Assembly (NCBI GenBank): GCA_965214705.1
Contig: OZ243972.1
Location: 2,208,001-2,272,000 of the forward strand
Reading direction: 5' to 3'
Length of the DNA: 64,000 bases
DNA from: Alphaproteobacteria bacterium
GTDB lineage: Bacteria; Pseudomonadota; Alphaproteobacteria; UBA828
Shown: piece by piece, positions 8,732 through 20,563 of the stretch
How positions within the stretch are numbered: the first letter of the stretch is position 1
How the letters are laid out: each line of letters starts with the position of its first letter
Made by a program: the position numbers and the translations under genes
Notes under the pieces: generated by a model
The model's database searches: none
What the model was told of the DNA's origin: nothing
Seen by the model: the letters and a program-made list of their open reading frames with translations, nothing else

Positions 8732-9307
8732 TTACTCTGACAACAGTTGCGTTAGCGTATTGATCGAGTCTTGCAGCGCTCCGCCGTGCTGTACGATCCA
8801 CGGTTGGGGCACCTCCGGATCCACTTGGATCCATGCCGTATCTGTGCCTGCGCGTCCGCCATGCTGCGGCCTGAACCCCTCAAGATTATCCCAACCTTCG
8901 AGCAAGAATTCCTTCGTGAATACCCATGAGTGTGCATCAAACGGACTTACGCCTAAGCATATCAGTAGATCGTATCTTTGATCCCTAATTTGCTGAAATT
9001 TGTAGTGTCCTCCCGCCCATAGCGTCGAAAACTTAATCTCAACACGTTTGTTATTCACAACGCGATCAGCCTCGTTGTCACCGGCAGGGCGAACTGAGAA
9101 GTCCCGCGCCGCCAGCCATCCGGCAACTAGTCGCTCTCCAATTGCACCAACCTGTCTTGAGGGGCGTGACTTGATCCATGCGAAAGGACTGCCTTCCCAA
9201 TCCAAAAGATTGTCGCCGTAGTCGGCTTCAAGTGTTGCGGCGAGGCCAGCCAGGAGCCTAACGTCGGGGTCGGCGATCTCCCGCGATCTAGCCAAAATCG
9301 CCTCCAA
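8732..9307 (-). CDS. Putative type II restriction endonuclease (PD-(D/E)XK fold)
   Basis: GAIGERLV...EADRVVNNKRVEIKFSTL...YKFQQIRDQ pattern. Lower GC than the flanks, and it overlaps the end of the methyltransferase. Confidence 0.65.
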   Translation of the reverse strand: MEAILARSREIADPDVRLLAGLAATLEADYGDNLLDWEGSPFAWIKSRPSRQVGAIGERLVAGWLAARDFSVRPAGDNEADRVVNNKRVEIKFSTLWAGGHYKFQQIRDQRYDLLICLGVSPFDAHSWVFTKEFLLEGWDNLEGFRPQHGGRAGTDTAWIQVDPEVPQPWIVQHGGALQDSINTLTQLLSE

Positions 9308-10181
9308 ACGATAGCTGGCTTTGCGGCTCAGCGGATGTGTCTAAATCCAGCTCAAAGCCCTCTTGGCGGGGGGAGAAGTGAGCGAGGCGGCGCGCCATTA
9401 CGCGCGCTGCCTCGGGGTTGTTGTCGATGAGGAGGCACGAGCGACCGTGCTTGGCGGCGGCCTCGCCGAAGGTGCCGGAGCCTGCGAAGAAATCCATCAG
9501 CCTGTCGCCCGGCGATGAGTGCACCTTGACGATGCGCTCCAGCAGCCCGAGTGGCTTCTGGGTGGCGTAGCCCGTCTTCTCTTTCGAGTTGGTGGGCACG
9601 ATGGTGTGCCACCAGACGTCCGTCGGCGTCTTGCCGCGCGCGGCTTTCTCGGCCCCCACCAGCGATGGCGCCATGTAGGGGATGCGGTCAATCTCGTCGA
9701 AGTTGAAGATGTAGTGCGCCGGGTCCTTGGCGTACCAGAGAATGGTGTCGTGCTTGGCCGGCCAGCGATTCTTGGGCCGCCCGCCGTAATCGTAGGCCCA
9801 GATGATCTCGTTGATGAAGCACTCGCGCCCGAAGATGCGGTCCAGCAGCACCTTGCAGTAATGCGCCTCGCGGTAGTCGATATGGAAGAAAAGCGAGCCG
9901 GTGTTGACCAACACCCGATGGGCTTCCACCAGACGCGGCTCCAGGAAAGCCAAGTAATCGTCGAATTGATCGCCGTAGCTCGTGGCACCCAACGCTGTAG
10001 TCCGGTAGCGCTGGCCCTGGAAACCGGTTCTATCGCCCTCCTCGTCCCGCTCCGTCCGGATCGCGATCCGCCTTTGCGTCTTTCCGGTGTTGAAGGGCGG
10101 GTCGATATAGATCAGGTCTATGCTGTCTGGGCCAAGCGTAGGCAGAACCTTTAGATTGTCCTCAAGAACGATATGCAGCAT
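9288..10181 (-). CDS. Site-specific N6-adenine/N4-cytosine DNA methyltransferase (beta class)
   Basis: IDLIYIDPPF precedes TQKP and DFFAGSGT. ATG 10181 follows a GGGAGG RBS. Confidence 0.95.
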   Translation of the reverse strand: MLHIVLEDNLKVLPTLGPDSIDLIYIDPPFNTGKTQRRIAIRTERDEEGDRTGFQGQRYRTTALGATSYGDQFDDYLAFLEPRLVEAHRVLVNTGSLFFHIDYREAHYCKVLLDRIFGRECFINEIIWAYDYGGRPKNRWPAKHDTILWYAKDPAHYIFNFDEIDRIPYMAPSLVGAEKAARGKTPTDVWWHTIVPTNSKEKTGYATQKPLGLLERIVKVHSSPGDRLMDFFAGSGTFGEAAAKHGRSCLLIDNNPEAARVMARRLAHFSPRQEGFELDLDTSAEPQSQLSFGGDFG

Positions 10182-10345
10182 CGAGCGGCTTCCTCCCAGA
10201 CTGCCCACAGCGCGGATGTGATGGTCGACCGTGCCGACTCGCACAAGACAGGCCGAGGATGGCGCAGGGCCGCCTGCCGCGCAACGCTGCAGCGATGGAG
10301 GTCGGCGTAATCGGGTGCGCCGGCGTACCGCTGCCGGCGCCCGGC

Positions 10346-11743
10346 TTATGCGGTCATTGCCTTCAAGCCGTCCTCGAAGAAGAAGGCCTCCTCGCCGAAG
10401 GCGGGTTCGAGCTGGTCGAGCCACGTGGCCTTCGGATCGTAGCGCGCGAAGAACGGCCGCCCGACCCAGTCGGGATCGCGCCCTTGCAGGAAACGCAGCA
10501 CGAAGACCTTCTCGCCCGCGACCTCCTGCACGCCTAGCACCTCGACCTTGCCCGGCGTCGCGCTCATGCTCGGGCCCCGGACCGTCCGCGCCAAGCCTGA
10601 GACCTGCTCGATCGCGCCCCGGAAGACCTCCCAGCAGCGCTCCAGCGGCACCTCGAAGTAGTGCCGCGGGCCCGTGTCACGCTCCACGAACATGTAGTAG
10701 GGGATGACGCCGAGTCGCACCTGCTCGCGCCACATCTGGGCCCAGATGTCGGAGTCGTTGTTGATGTTGGCGAGCAGCGGCGCCTGGGCGCGGATCACCG
10801 CGCCGGTATCGCGGATGCGGCGGATCGCATCCTGCACCACGTCGGTCCTGAGCTCCTGCCAGTGATTGAAGTGGGCCATGATCGCGATATGGCGGCCCGC
10901 AACGACGAGATCCTCGAACAGGCGTAGCAGATCGTCCGCATCCTCGTCGTGGACGAAGCGATGCGGCCAGAAGGTGAGCGCCTTGGTACCGATCCGGATG
11001 TTCTGCACGTGGGCCAGTGCCGGGTCGTCGATGAAGGCCCTGAGATAGCCCTCCATCACCCGGGTCTTCATGATCATCGGGTCGCCGCCGGTGAACAGTA
11101 CGTCCGAGATGTTGGGATGGTCGGCGAGATAACGGTGCATGTTGACCGCATCCTTTGACGCGATCTTCAGCTCCTTATCGCCCACGAATTGCGCCCAGCG
11201 GAAGCAGAAGGTGCAGTAGGCGTGACAGGTCTGACCCTGGCTCGGGAAGAACAGCATTGTCTCGCGATACTTGTGCTGAAGTCCTTCCAGAGTCTCGCCT
11301 TCTTCCTGCGGAATGTTGAGCTCGCGTTGTCCGGCCGGATGCGGATTGAGGCGCGCGCGAATATCGGCGGCCGCCCCCTCGACTTCCTGCGGTGTGGCGT
11401 CGCGGGTCATGAGATCGGCGATCCGGCTGAAGTCGCCGCCTTCCAGCATTCCCCGCTGCGGGAAGACCAGCCGGTAGACCGGATCGTCCGGGATCCGGTC
11501 CCAGTCGATCAGATGCTCGATCACATAGCGGTTGGTGCGGAACGGCAGCACGGCGCTGACGACTTTCATGTCGAACAAGTCGTCGTCCGTGACGTTACCG
11601 TACTGAGAAATCGAATCGAGATTTCTCCGGGTCAGCGCCTTGAATTTGCCGTCCGGTGGCGCGACGACTTTCAGATCACGAAGACGGTTCGCGCCCGGCC
11701 CTTCTCGAAGAGCCGCCGACCCCGGGATCGTATCAATATTCAC
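10346..11743 (-). CDS. KamA family radical SAM protein (lysine 2,3-aminomutase-like)
   Basis: LQHKYRET, CHAYCTFCFR (CxxxCxxC), VLFTGGDP, IRIGTK, HFNHWQEL and PGK motifs. Confidence 0.9.
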   Translation of the reverse strand: MNIDTIPGSAALREGPGANRLRDLKVVAPPDGKFKALTRRNLDSISQYGNVTDDDLFDMKVVSAVLPFRTNRYVIEHLIDWDRIPDDPVYRLVFPQRGMLEGGDFSRIADLMTRDATPQEVEGAAADIRARLNPHPAGQRELNIPQEEGETLEGLQHKYRETMLFFPSQGQTCHAYCTFCFRWAQFVGDKELKIASKDAVNMHRYLADHPNISDVLFTGGDPMIMKTRVMEGYLRAFIDDPALAHVQNIRIGTKALTFWPHRFVHDEDADDLLRLFEDLVVAGRHIAIMAHFNHWQELRTDVVQDAIRRIRDTGAVIRAQAPLLANINNDSDIWAQMWREQVRLGVIPYYMFVERDTGPRHYFEVPLERCWEVFRGAIEQVSGLARTVRGPSMSATPGKVEVLGVQEVAGEKVFVLRFLQGRDPDWVGRPFFARYDPKATWLDQLEPAFGEEAFFFEDGLKAMTA

Positions 11744-11781
11744 TGTTGCGTCTCCTTAGGGTCATTAGGCTTTATTACTCT

Positions 11782-11817
11782 TTCACCTTTTATAGCACAT
11801 CGCGTCCAAAAGGTGAA
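11782..11817 (-). promoter_or_regulatory. Promoter of the KamA-like gene bracketed by a 10-bp inverted repeat
   Basis: TTCACCTTTT-16 bp-AAAAGGTGAA. The minus strand reads TTCACC-17 bp-TATAAA. Confidence 0.55.
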
Positions 11818-11980
11818 GGTTTGGGCTTGGCGGGCGGCGCGTGCCTGGGCTCGGCGCGGACCCCGCCAGGGCAGGGGCGGCGTTGACACGGTCCTCGCTT
11901 GATATGCATGGTTGCCTCACGGGAGAGCAGCGGATTCTCGATGCGTCGCTGCGACAATGAAGAACAGGGAGGCTTCACAC

Positions 11981-13174
11981 ATGAAAATGATGAGAGTCGC
12001 TTGCGTCGCACTCGGGTTGGTGGCGGCGACATCATTGGGCTTCAGCCACCAGGCCACCGCAGACGAAGATCCGATCGTCATCGGCGCCGCCGTTGCGTTG
12101 AGCGGATTCGTCGCACCGTACGATGACGGCCCGCAGAAGGCGGCCCAGCTTGCCGTCAAGGTCATCAACGAGCGGGGCGGTGTGCTTGGTCGTCAGATCG
12201 AGATGGTCTTCGCGGATACGAAGTCGGACATCGCCCACGGCGCCAACGCCGGCCTCGAGGTGCTCGACCAGGGCGCGCAAATGGTGCTCGTGACCTGCGA
12301 CTACGACTTCGGCGGCGGTGCGGCGTCGGTCGCCAACGCGCGCGGCATCATCGCGTTCTCGAGCTGTGCCGCCGATCCCAAGTTCGGCGTTCAGGGCATC
12401 GGGCCATACGCCTTCACCATGTCGATCGGAACGCCCGGCCAGGGCGCCCTCATGGCGGAGTGGGGATACAACAACCAGGGCTATCGCACCGCCTACATGC
12501 TGGTCGACCCGACTGTGGAATTCGATGTCTCCCTGTGCCGGTCGTTCAAGGAGAGATGGATCGAGATCGCGGGCGAGGACTCGTTCCTCGGCGAGGACAC
12601 CTTCCAGAACAACGATCCGTCCATCGCCTCCCAGATCACGCGGCTCAAGGCGCTGGATCCCCAGCCTGATGCGATCATGTACTGCTCCTATCCTCCGGGT
12701 GGCGCGGCCGCGCTCAAGCAGCTGCGTGCCGCCGGTGTGAACATCCCGATGCTCAGCGGCGAGGGCATGGGCGGCAATTACTGGCTCGACGCCGTGCCGA
12801 ACCTGAGCGGCCTCTACTACGCGATCTACGGCTCGATCTTCGGCGACGACCCACGCCCGGAAATCAACGAAGTGCTCGATAAGTTCATCGAGATGCATGG
12901 CGGCCCGCCCGCCACCGGCCAGATGTACACCGGCTACGCCGCCATCGAGACCTGGGCCCAGGCCGTCGAGAAGGCCGGGTCGCTGGACGGTGATGCCGTG
13001 CGCGAGGTGCTGGAGAGCTACACCGACGAGCCCTCCCTGGTCGGGGCGACGACCTATACGCCGGAGCTTCACATGAGCGTGACCCGGCCGATGACGATCA
13101 TGCAGGTGCAAGACGGCAAGCACAGCGCCATCGGTGTGTTCCGTCCGACCAAGGCCGCCTCGATCGTCTTCTGA
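11981..13174 (+). CDS. Branched-chain amino acid-type ABC transporter substrate-binding protein
   Basis: Signal peptide, IVIGAAVALSG and INERGGVLGRQIE. ATG 11981 follows a GGGAGG RBS. Confidence 0.92.
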   Translation: MKMMRVACVALGLVAATSLGFSHQATADEDPIVIGAAVALSGFVAPYDDGPQKAAQLAVKVINERGGVLGRQIEMVFADTKSDIAHGANAGLEVLDQGAQMVLVTCDYDFGGGAASVANARGIIAFSSCAADPKFGVQGIGPYAFTMSIGTPGQGALMAEWGYNNQGYRTAYMLVDPTVEFDVSLCRSFKERWIEIAGEDSFLGEDTFQNNDPSIASQITRLKALDPQPDAIMYCSYPPGGAAALKQLRAAGVNIPMLSGEGMGGNYWLDAVPNLSGLYYAIYGSIFGDDPRPEINEVLDKFIEMHGGPPATGQMYTGYAAIETWAQAVEKAGSLDGDAVREVLESYTDEPSLVGATTYTPELHMSVTRPMTIMQVQDGKHSAIGVFRPTKAASIVF

Positions 13175-13206
13175 TCCGCCACGAAGGAGATCGTCGGCAG
13201 GAGGAC

Positions 13207-13953
13207 ATGCAGAGCGTGCGTGCCGCTGATAGCGGGACGCTGGAAGCGCGAGACGTTCATGTGCGGTTCGAAGGCGTTCGTGCGATCAGCGGCGCGAGCC
13301 TGCATTTGGGTCAGAACGAAATTCTCGGCCTCATCGGGCCGAACGGCGCGGGCAAGACCACTCTCGTCAACGTCCTGACCGGGTTTCAAAGACCGGACAA
13401 GGGCAGCGTGTGGCTCTCCGGCCGGAACGTAACCGGACGGACGCCGTTTCAGTTGGCGCGGGACGGGGTGGCGCGGACGTTTCAGGGAGTCCGTCTCTTC
13501 GGCGGTCTCAGCGTATTTCAAAACGTGGAAGCGGGCGCGCTTGGCGTCGGCCTCGGCGGCCAGCGGGCGCGCGAGCGCGCGGACGAAGTGTTGCAATGGC
13601 TCAATCTGGCTTCCCAGGCTATGGCTCGGGCCGATGCCCTGCCCTTCGGGGAAGAGCGGCGTGTCGGCATCGCCCGTGCTCTCGCCATGCGCCCGCGCTT
13701 CCTTCTGCTTGACGAGCCGGCGGCCGGACTCAACGAGCGCGAGTGCGACGAGTTGCGGGAGGTTATCCGGGACATCCGCCGCCGCCTGGACTGCGGCGTG
13801 CTGCTGATCGAACACAACATGGCCGTCATCATGGGCCTCTGCGACCGCATCCACGTGCTCGATCAGGGTCGCTCCATTGCCGAGGGGGCACCCTCAGACA
13901 TTCGCGCGAACTCCGATGTCAAGAGGGCCTATCTCGGCGAGGACTTCGTGTAG
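13207..13953 (+). CDS. ABC transporter ATP-binding protein (LivG-like)
   Basis: GPNGAGKTT, ARTFQ, LLLDEPAAG and IEHNM motifs. Confidence 0.93.
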   Translation: MQSVRAADSGTLEARDVHVRFEGVRAISGASLHLGQNEILGLIGPNGAGKTTLVNVLTGFQRPDKGSVWLSGRNVTGRTPFQLARDGVARTFQGVRLFGGLSVFQNVEAGALGVGLGGQRARERADEVLQWLNLASQAMARADALPFGEERRVGIARALAMRPRFLLLDEPAAGLNERECDELREVIRDIRRRLDCGVLLIEHNMAVIMGLCDRIHVLDQGRSIAEGAPSDIRANSDVKRAYLGEDFV

Positions 13954-13956
13954 CCC

Positions 13957-14676
13957 GTGTTGGCAACCGAGGAACTGAGCGTCACCTACGGCAACATCCT
14001 GGCGTTGGGTGGCGTTTCGCTCCGTATCGAAGAGCGCGAGATCGTGTCCGTCATCGGGCCGAACGGTGCCGGCAAGTCGTCGCTGCTCAATGCGATCGCC
14101 GGCGTCGTGCCGGTCGCTTCGGGCAGCATCGAGTTCGAGGGCCAGACGATTGCGGGCACCGCGCCTGAAGAGCTCGTGCGTCTGGGCATTTCTCTGGTTC
14201 CGGAAGGGCGGCACATCTTTGGGGGCCTCACGGTTGCCGAGAACATACGCATCGGCGCTGTCGCACGCCGCGACCGCAACGCGATCGACGGCGACGTGGA
14301 GCGCGTGCTCGCCATGTTTCCCGTGCTTCGCGAGCGCCTGCGTCAGCCGGCGGGCAAGCTCTCCGGCGGTGAGCAGCAGATGCTCGCGATCGGGCGCGCT
14401 CTGCTGGCACGGCCTCGCCTGCTTTTGATCGACGAACCCTCGCTCGGCCTGGCACCCCTCGTCGTCAGCGAGGTCTATCGTGCGATCGCCGATCTTCGTG
14501 CAGAGGGCGTGACCATTCTTATCGTGGAGCAGAGCGCGACACGGGCGCTCGAAGCTGCGGACCGCACCTACGTGCTGGCTTCCGGCAGCATCGTGATGGC
14601 CGGTGACGCGGCGGAGTTGCGTGCGGAAGAGGGCTTCGAGGACGCCTATTTCGGCTACAAGGCGCGTGATCCATGA
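13957..14676 (+). CDS. ABC transporter ATP-binding protein (LivF-like)
   Basis: GPNGAGKSS, VPEGRHIF, LSGGEQQML and DEPSLGLAP motifs. Confidence 0.93.
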   Translation: MLATEELSVTYGNILALGGVSLRIEEREIVSVIGPNGAGKSSLLNAIAGVVPVASGSIEFEGQTIAGTAPEELVRLGISLVPEGRHIFGGLTVAENIRIGAVARRDRNAIDGDVERVLAMFPVLRERLRQPAGKLSGGEQQMLAIGRALLARPRLLLIDEPSLGLAPLVVSEVYRAIADLRAEGVTILIVEQSATRALEAADRTYVLASGSIVMAGDAAELRAEEGFEDAYFGYKARDP

Positions 14677-15557
14677 CGTTCATCCTGCAGAACATCGTGG
14701 ATGCGATCAGTCTGGGCGCGCTCTATGCGCTGACCGCGCTCGGTATCGGGCTGATCTTCGGCATCATGCGCCTGATCAACTTTGCCCATGGCGAGTTGAT
14801 CATGCTGGGCGCCTACGCGCTGTTTTTCACCTTCGGCATGCACGAGGCCATCATGGGGCTCGTTGCCATGGCTCTCGTGATCGCTGCGGCAATCGTGATG
14901 GAACGGGTCGCATTCCGGCCGCTGCGGCGCGCCAACCCGGCAACGCTCCTGATCGCGTCATTCGCGCTCGCTTATTTCCTCCAGCACCTCGTTCTCCTGA
15001 TTTTCGGTGCGCGCCCCAAGAGCGTCACCTTCCTCTACGAGCTGAGCGAGTATTTCGTCGTCGAGGGCTTGCGCATTCCGAAGCTCCAGGTGGTGACTAT
15101 AGCGATCACCATCGTGTTGCTGGTCGGGCTGGTCGTCTTCTTCCGCCGCAGCAGCATCGGCACGCAGATGCGCGCCGCCGCCGAGGACTTCGGCATGGCG
15201 CGACTCGTGGGCGTGCGTGCCAACTCCGTCATCGCGATCGCCTTCCTTCTCAGCGGGGTGCTCGCCGGGATCATTTCGCTGCTCTACGTGGTGCAGACGG
15301 GGACGCTCACCCCGCGGATGGGCGTGAGCCTCGTGCTCGTCGCCTTTGTCGCCACCGTGATCGGCGGCATGGGCAGCCTGGTCGGTGCGGCCGTCGGCGG
15401 TCTTGTGGTCGGTGTTCTGACGGTGGCGTTGCAGGCGGTCCTTACGGTCGAGCTCAGGCCCTATCGCGATGCCTTCGTATTCGCGGTTCTGATCGGCTTC
15501 CTCCTGGTTCGTCCGCAGGGCCTGCTGCGCGGCCGCAGCGCGCGGGAGCGCATCTAG
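14673..15557 (+). CDS. ABC transporter permease (LivH-like)
   Basis: LIFGIMRLINFAHGE and IGGMGS motifs; multi-TM. Confidence 0.93.
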   Translation: MTFILQNIVDAISLGALYALTALGIGLIFGIMRLINFAHGELIMLGAYALFFTFGMHEAIMGLVAMALVIAAAIVMERVAFRPLRRANPATLLIASFALAYFLQHLVLLIFGARPKSVTFLYELSEYFVVEGLRIPKLQVVTIAITIVLLVGLVVFFRRSSIGTQMRAAAEDFGMARLVGVRANSVIAIAFLLSGVLAGIISLLYVVQTGTLTPRMGVSLVLVAFVATVIGGMGSLVGAAVGGLVVGVLTVALQAVLTVELRPYRDAFVFAVLIGFLLVRPQGLLRGRSARERI

Positions 15558-15560
15558 CCG

Positions 15561-16586
15561 ATGATCGGCCGGGTGGAAAAGACCGCGAGGCTGATCTGGC
15601 CGGTTCTCTCCCTCGCGCTCGTTTTGGTCGTCCTGGCCGCTCTCCTTTCGCTCGGGCCGATGCCCCTGCAACGCACGGCGACCGAGGCGTTCATCCGGCT
15701 GATCGTCGTTATCGGGCTCTACATTTTCATCGGGAACTCCGGGATCCTCTCCTTCGGGCACGTGAGCTTCATGGCCATCGGCGCCTACGGGTCCGCCTTG
15801 CTGACCATCCCGCCCAACATGAAGAAGATCGTTCTCGATCTGCCTCCCTTCCTGACGGCCCTGCAGTTGCCGACGATCCCCGCGGCTTTGATCGCGGGAA
15901 CGCTCTCGACCGTCTTCGCCTTCGTCATCGGCGTGCCGCTGATGCGTCTCTCGGGCATCTCGGCCGCGATGGGCACCTTCGCCTCGCTCGCCATCGTCTA
16001 CGTGGTGATCTCCAACTGGAAAGAGGTGACCGGAGGAGCGAGCGCCCTGATCGGGTTGCCGGTCTACACGGACATCTGGGTCGCCTTGATCTATGCGCTG
16101 CTCGCGCTTGGGCTGGCCTACGCCTACCAGGAGTCCCGCTACGGGAGGCGCCTGCGCGCTTCGCGCGAGAACGAGGTCGCAGCGCTGGCGACCGGCATCA
16201 ATGTGCGGCGGGAGCGGCTGATCGCGTTCGTCTTCAGCGCCTTTATCGTGGGTTTCGGCGGCGTACTGCACGCGCATTTCATCGGTGTTCTGTCGTCGAG
16301 CTCGTTCTATCTGGACGTCACGTTCATCACCCTGGCCATGCTGGTGATCGGCGGCATGAACAGCCTGGCCGGCGCGGTGACGGGAACCATCGTGGTGAGC
16401 GTGCTCGGCGAGCTGCTGCGCCTGATCGAGGCCGGTTTCGACATCGGCACGTTGCACCTGGCGGCGCCGCGCGGCTTGCGTGAGGTCGGGCTATCATTCT
16501 TGATGCTCATGATTCTGCTGTTTCGCCCGCAAGGACTCACGTCGGGTCGGGAGATCGCATGGCCGCTCGCATCTAAGGCGGGCTGA
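15561..16586 (+). CDS. ABC transporter permease (LivM-like)
   Basis: GILSFGHVSFMAIGAY and LRASRENEVAA motifs; multi-TM. Confidence 0.92.
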   Translation: MIGRVEKTARLIWPVLSLALVLVVLAALLSLGPMPLQRTATEAFIRLIVVIGLYIFIGNSGILSFGHVSFMAIGAYGSALLTIPPNMKKIVLDLPPFLTALQLPTIPAALIAGTLSTVFAFVIGVPLMRLSGISAAMGTFASLAIVYVVISNWKEVTGGASALIGLPVYTDIWVALIYALLALGLAYAYQESRYGRRLRASRENEVAALATGINVRRERLIAFVFSAFIVGFGGVLHAHFIGVLSSSSFYLDVTFITLAMLVIGGMNSLAGAVTGTIVVSVLGELLRLIEAGFDIGTLHLAAPRGLREVGLSFLMLMILLFRPQGLTSGREIAWPLASKAG

Positions 16587-16596
16587 AGGAGGTCAC

Positions 16597-18039
16597 ATGA
16601 CGACGAAAGCGAACGAAATCTGCCGGATGGACGCCGTGACGCTCGCGGCGCGGGTGCGGGGCAAGGAGCTTTCGGCGGTCGAGGTTGCCGAGGCGGTGAC
16701 CGCCCACATGGAGCAGGTGGAGCCCCACGTGCACGCCTTCTGCACGCCGGCGCCGGACTATGCCCGTGAAGCCGCCCGCCAGGTGGATGCCAAGATCGCG
16801 GCGGGCGAAGACCCCGGCCCGCTCGCGGGCGTGCCGGTCGGCATCAAGGACCTCGTCTGCACCAAGGACCTGTCCACTGTCTCCGGCTCCATCGCCTACA
16901 AGGATTTCGTGGCAGAGGAGGACGACGTGGTGGTCGAGCGCCTGCGGGATGCGGGCGCGGTCATCCTGGGCAAGACCAACGTGCCGGAGTTCGGCTACAG
17001 CGGCGCGAGCCACAACGCCGTGTTCGAGGCGACGCGCAACCCGTGGAACCTGGAGCGCGCGCCCGGCGGCTCCAGCGCGGGCTCCGGCGCGGCGGTGGCA
17101 GCGGGTATGGGGCCGCTCGCGGTCGGCAGCGACGGTGGCGGCTCGGTGCGCATTCCGGCCTCCTTCTCCGGGCTGGTGGGGGTCAAGGCGTCGATGGGTC
17201 GGGTGCCGCTCTACCCCGGATGCCGGGACGAGCGTTATCCCGGCGTCTCCAGCTGGGAGGGGGTCGAGCACATCGGCCCCTTGTCGCGGACGGTGGCGGA
17301 CTCGGCGCTCATGCTCTCGGTCATGGCCGGGCCAGACGACCGGGACCGCCACTCGCTCCCCGCTGCCGACTTCGACTGGACGGACGTCGGCGGTGATCTC
17401 AAGGGCTGCCGCGTGGCCTACAGCGCCGACTGGGGCTATGCCGCCGTCGATCCCGAGGTGCGCCAGATCGTGGGCGATGCGGTCAAGGTGTTCGAGAGCG
17501 AGCTCGGCTGCACCGTGGAGGAGGCCGACCCCGGCTGGGACGACCCCTACTTCACCTTCTGGGGCCTGGTGGCGGCGGAGACCGACCTTGCCGGGATGCG
17601 GCGGCTGGTGGCGGAGCATGGCCCGCAAATGACGCCCCATCTGGTGGACTTCATTACCCGGCCCTGGACGGCGGAAGACCTGACCAACGCCGTGATCGGG
17701 CGCAAGGCGGTGGTCAACAAGATGTGGCGCTTCATGCGCAACTACGACGTTCTGCTGACGCCGACGCTGGCGTGCCCACCCTTCGGGCTCTACATGCAAG
17801 GGCCGGAGATCATCGAGGGGCGCCTGGTGCCGCCCTTCGCCTGGCTCGCCTTCACCTTTCCGCTTAACATGACCGGCCAGCCCGCCGCCAGCATGCCTGC
17901 CGGCTGGACGGCGGACGGGCTCCCCGTTGGGCTGCAGATCGTGGGCCGCCACCTCGACGACCCGATGGTGCTGCGCGCGGCGGCGGCCTTCGAGTCCGCC
18001 CGTCCCTGGCGCGACCGCTGGCCGGCGCTGGTTTCGTAA
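16597..18039 (+). CDS. Amidase signature family enzyme
   Basis: GPLAGVPVGIKD, GKTNVPEF, GGSSAGS and GSDGGGSVRIPAS motifs. Confidence 0.95.
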   Translation: MTTKANEICRMDAVTLAARVRGKELSAVEVAEAVTAHMEQVEPHVHAFCTPAPDYAREAARQVDAKIAAGEDPGPLAGVPVGIKDLVCTKDLSTVSGSIAYKDFVAEEDDVVVERLRDAGAVILGKTNVPEFGYSGASHNAVFEATRNPWNLERAPGGSSAGSGAAVAAGMGPLAVGSDGGGSVRIPASFSGLVGVKASMGRVPLYPGCRDERYPGVSSWEGVEHIGPLSRTVADSALMLSVMAGPDDRDRHSLPAADFDWTDVGGDLKGCRVAYSADWGYAAVDPEVRQIVGDAVKVFESELGCTVEEADPGWDDPYFTFWGLVAAETDLAGMRRLVAEHGPQMTPHLVDFITRPWTAEDLTNAVIGRKAVVNKMWRFMRNYDVLLTPTLACPPFGLYMQGPEIIEGRLVPPFAWLAFTFPLNMTGQPAASMPAGWTADGLPVGLQIVGRHLDDPMVLRAAAAFESARPWRDRWPALVS

Positions 18040-18067
18040 CGCTACGCGGCAGGTAGGCCGCGGCGGG

Positions 18068-18607
18068 TTACTCCGCGGCCGCCGGCACCCGCTCAATGCC
18101 GTGCTCGGTCAGCTTGTGGCCGCGCCGCTCGGCTTCCTCCAGCACGTCGTCGCGCCAGGTCACGCGGCCGGGGTCGGTGGCGCCCACGATGACGAAGAGC
18201 AGGCCTTCCTCATCACTCACGTTGCGGAAGCCCCGCATCACGTGGGGCGGGCAGGAGGCGACGTCCCACGGGTCGAGGAAAACGCAGCGGGTGTCCTCGT
18301 CGTCGCCCCAGAAGACTTTCCAGCGGCCCTTGAGCGGCATGAAGACCTCGTTGGTCTCGTGATCGTGGTGCAGCGTGCCCTTGCCGGCCTCGCAGCGCAC
18401 GACGGCAACGTTGAAGTCGCGATTGTCGGTGATCGTGGCCTTCTGGGTCGCGTCCTCGCCCACGCCGCGCCCGATGATGTGGAAGATCTCGCGCTCGCAG
18501 CCGGGGATCACCGCGTCCAGCATGGGCAGCGTGCTGCCTTGCAGTTGGTTGAAGCGCGCCACTCGCGTCTTCTCGAACTCGTCCACCGAGATGATGTCGT
18601 CGCTCAT
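18068..18607 (-). CDS. Cupin domain protein
   Basis: ATG 18607 (MSDDIISV). LHHDHETNEVFMPLKGRW and PPHVMRGFRN cupin motifs. Confidence 0.8.
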   Translation of the reverse strand: MSDDIISVDEFEKTRVARFNQLQGSTLPMLDAVIPGCEREIFHIIGRGVGEDATQKATITDNRDFNVAVVRCEAGKGTLHHDHETNEVFMPLKGRWKVFWGDDEDTRCVFLDPWDVASCPPHVMRGFRNVSDEEGLLFVIVGATDPGRVTWRDDVLEEAERRGHKLTEHGIERVPAAAE

Positions 18608-18630
18608 CGCTCTGCCTCCTGTCGTCTCTC

Positions 18631-20559
<1,929 letters not shown>

Positions 20560-20563
<4 letters not shown>

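Noticed and set aside
10346-11743. Calling the radical SAM gene epmB
   Set aside because: Longer than typical EpmB and no efp/epmA nearby.
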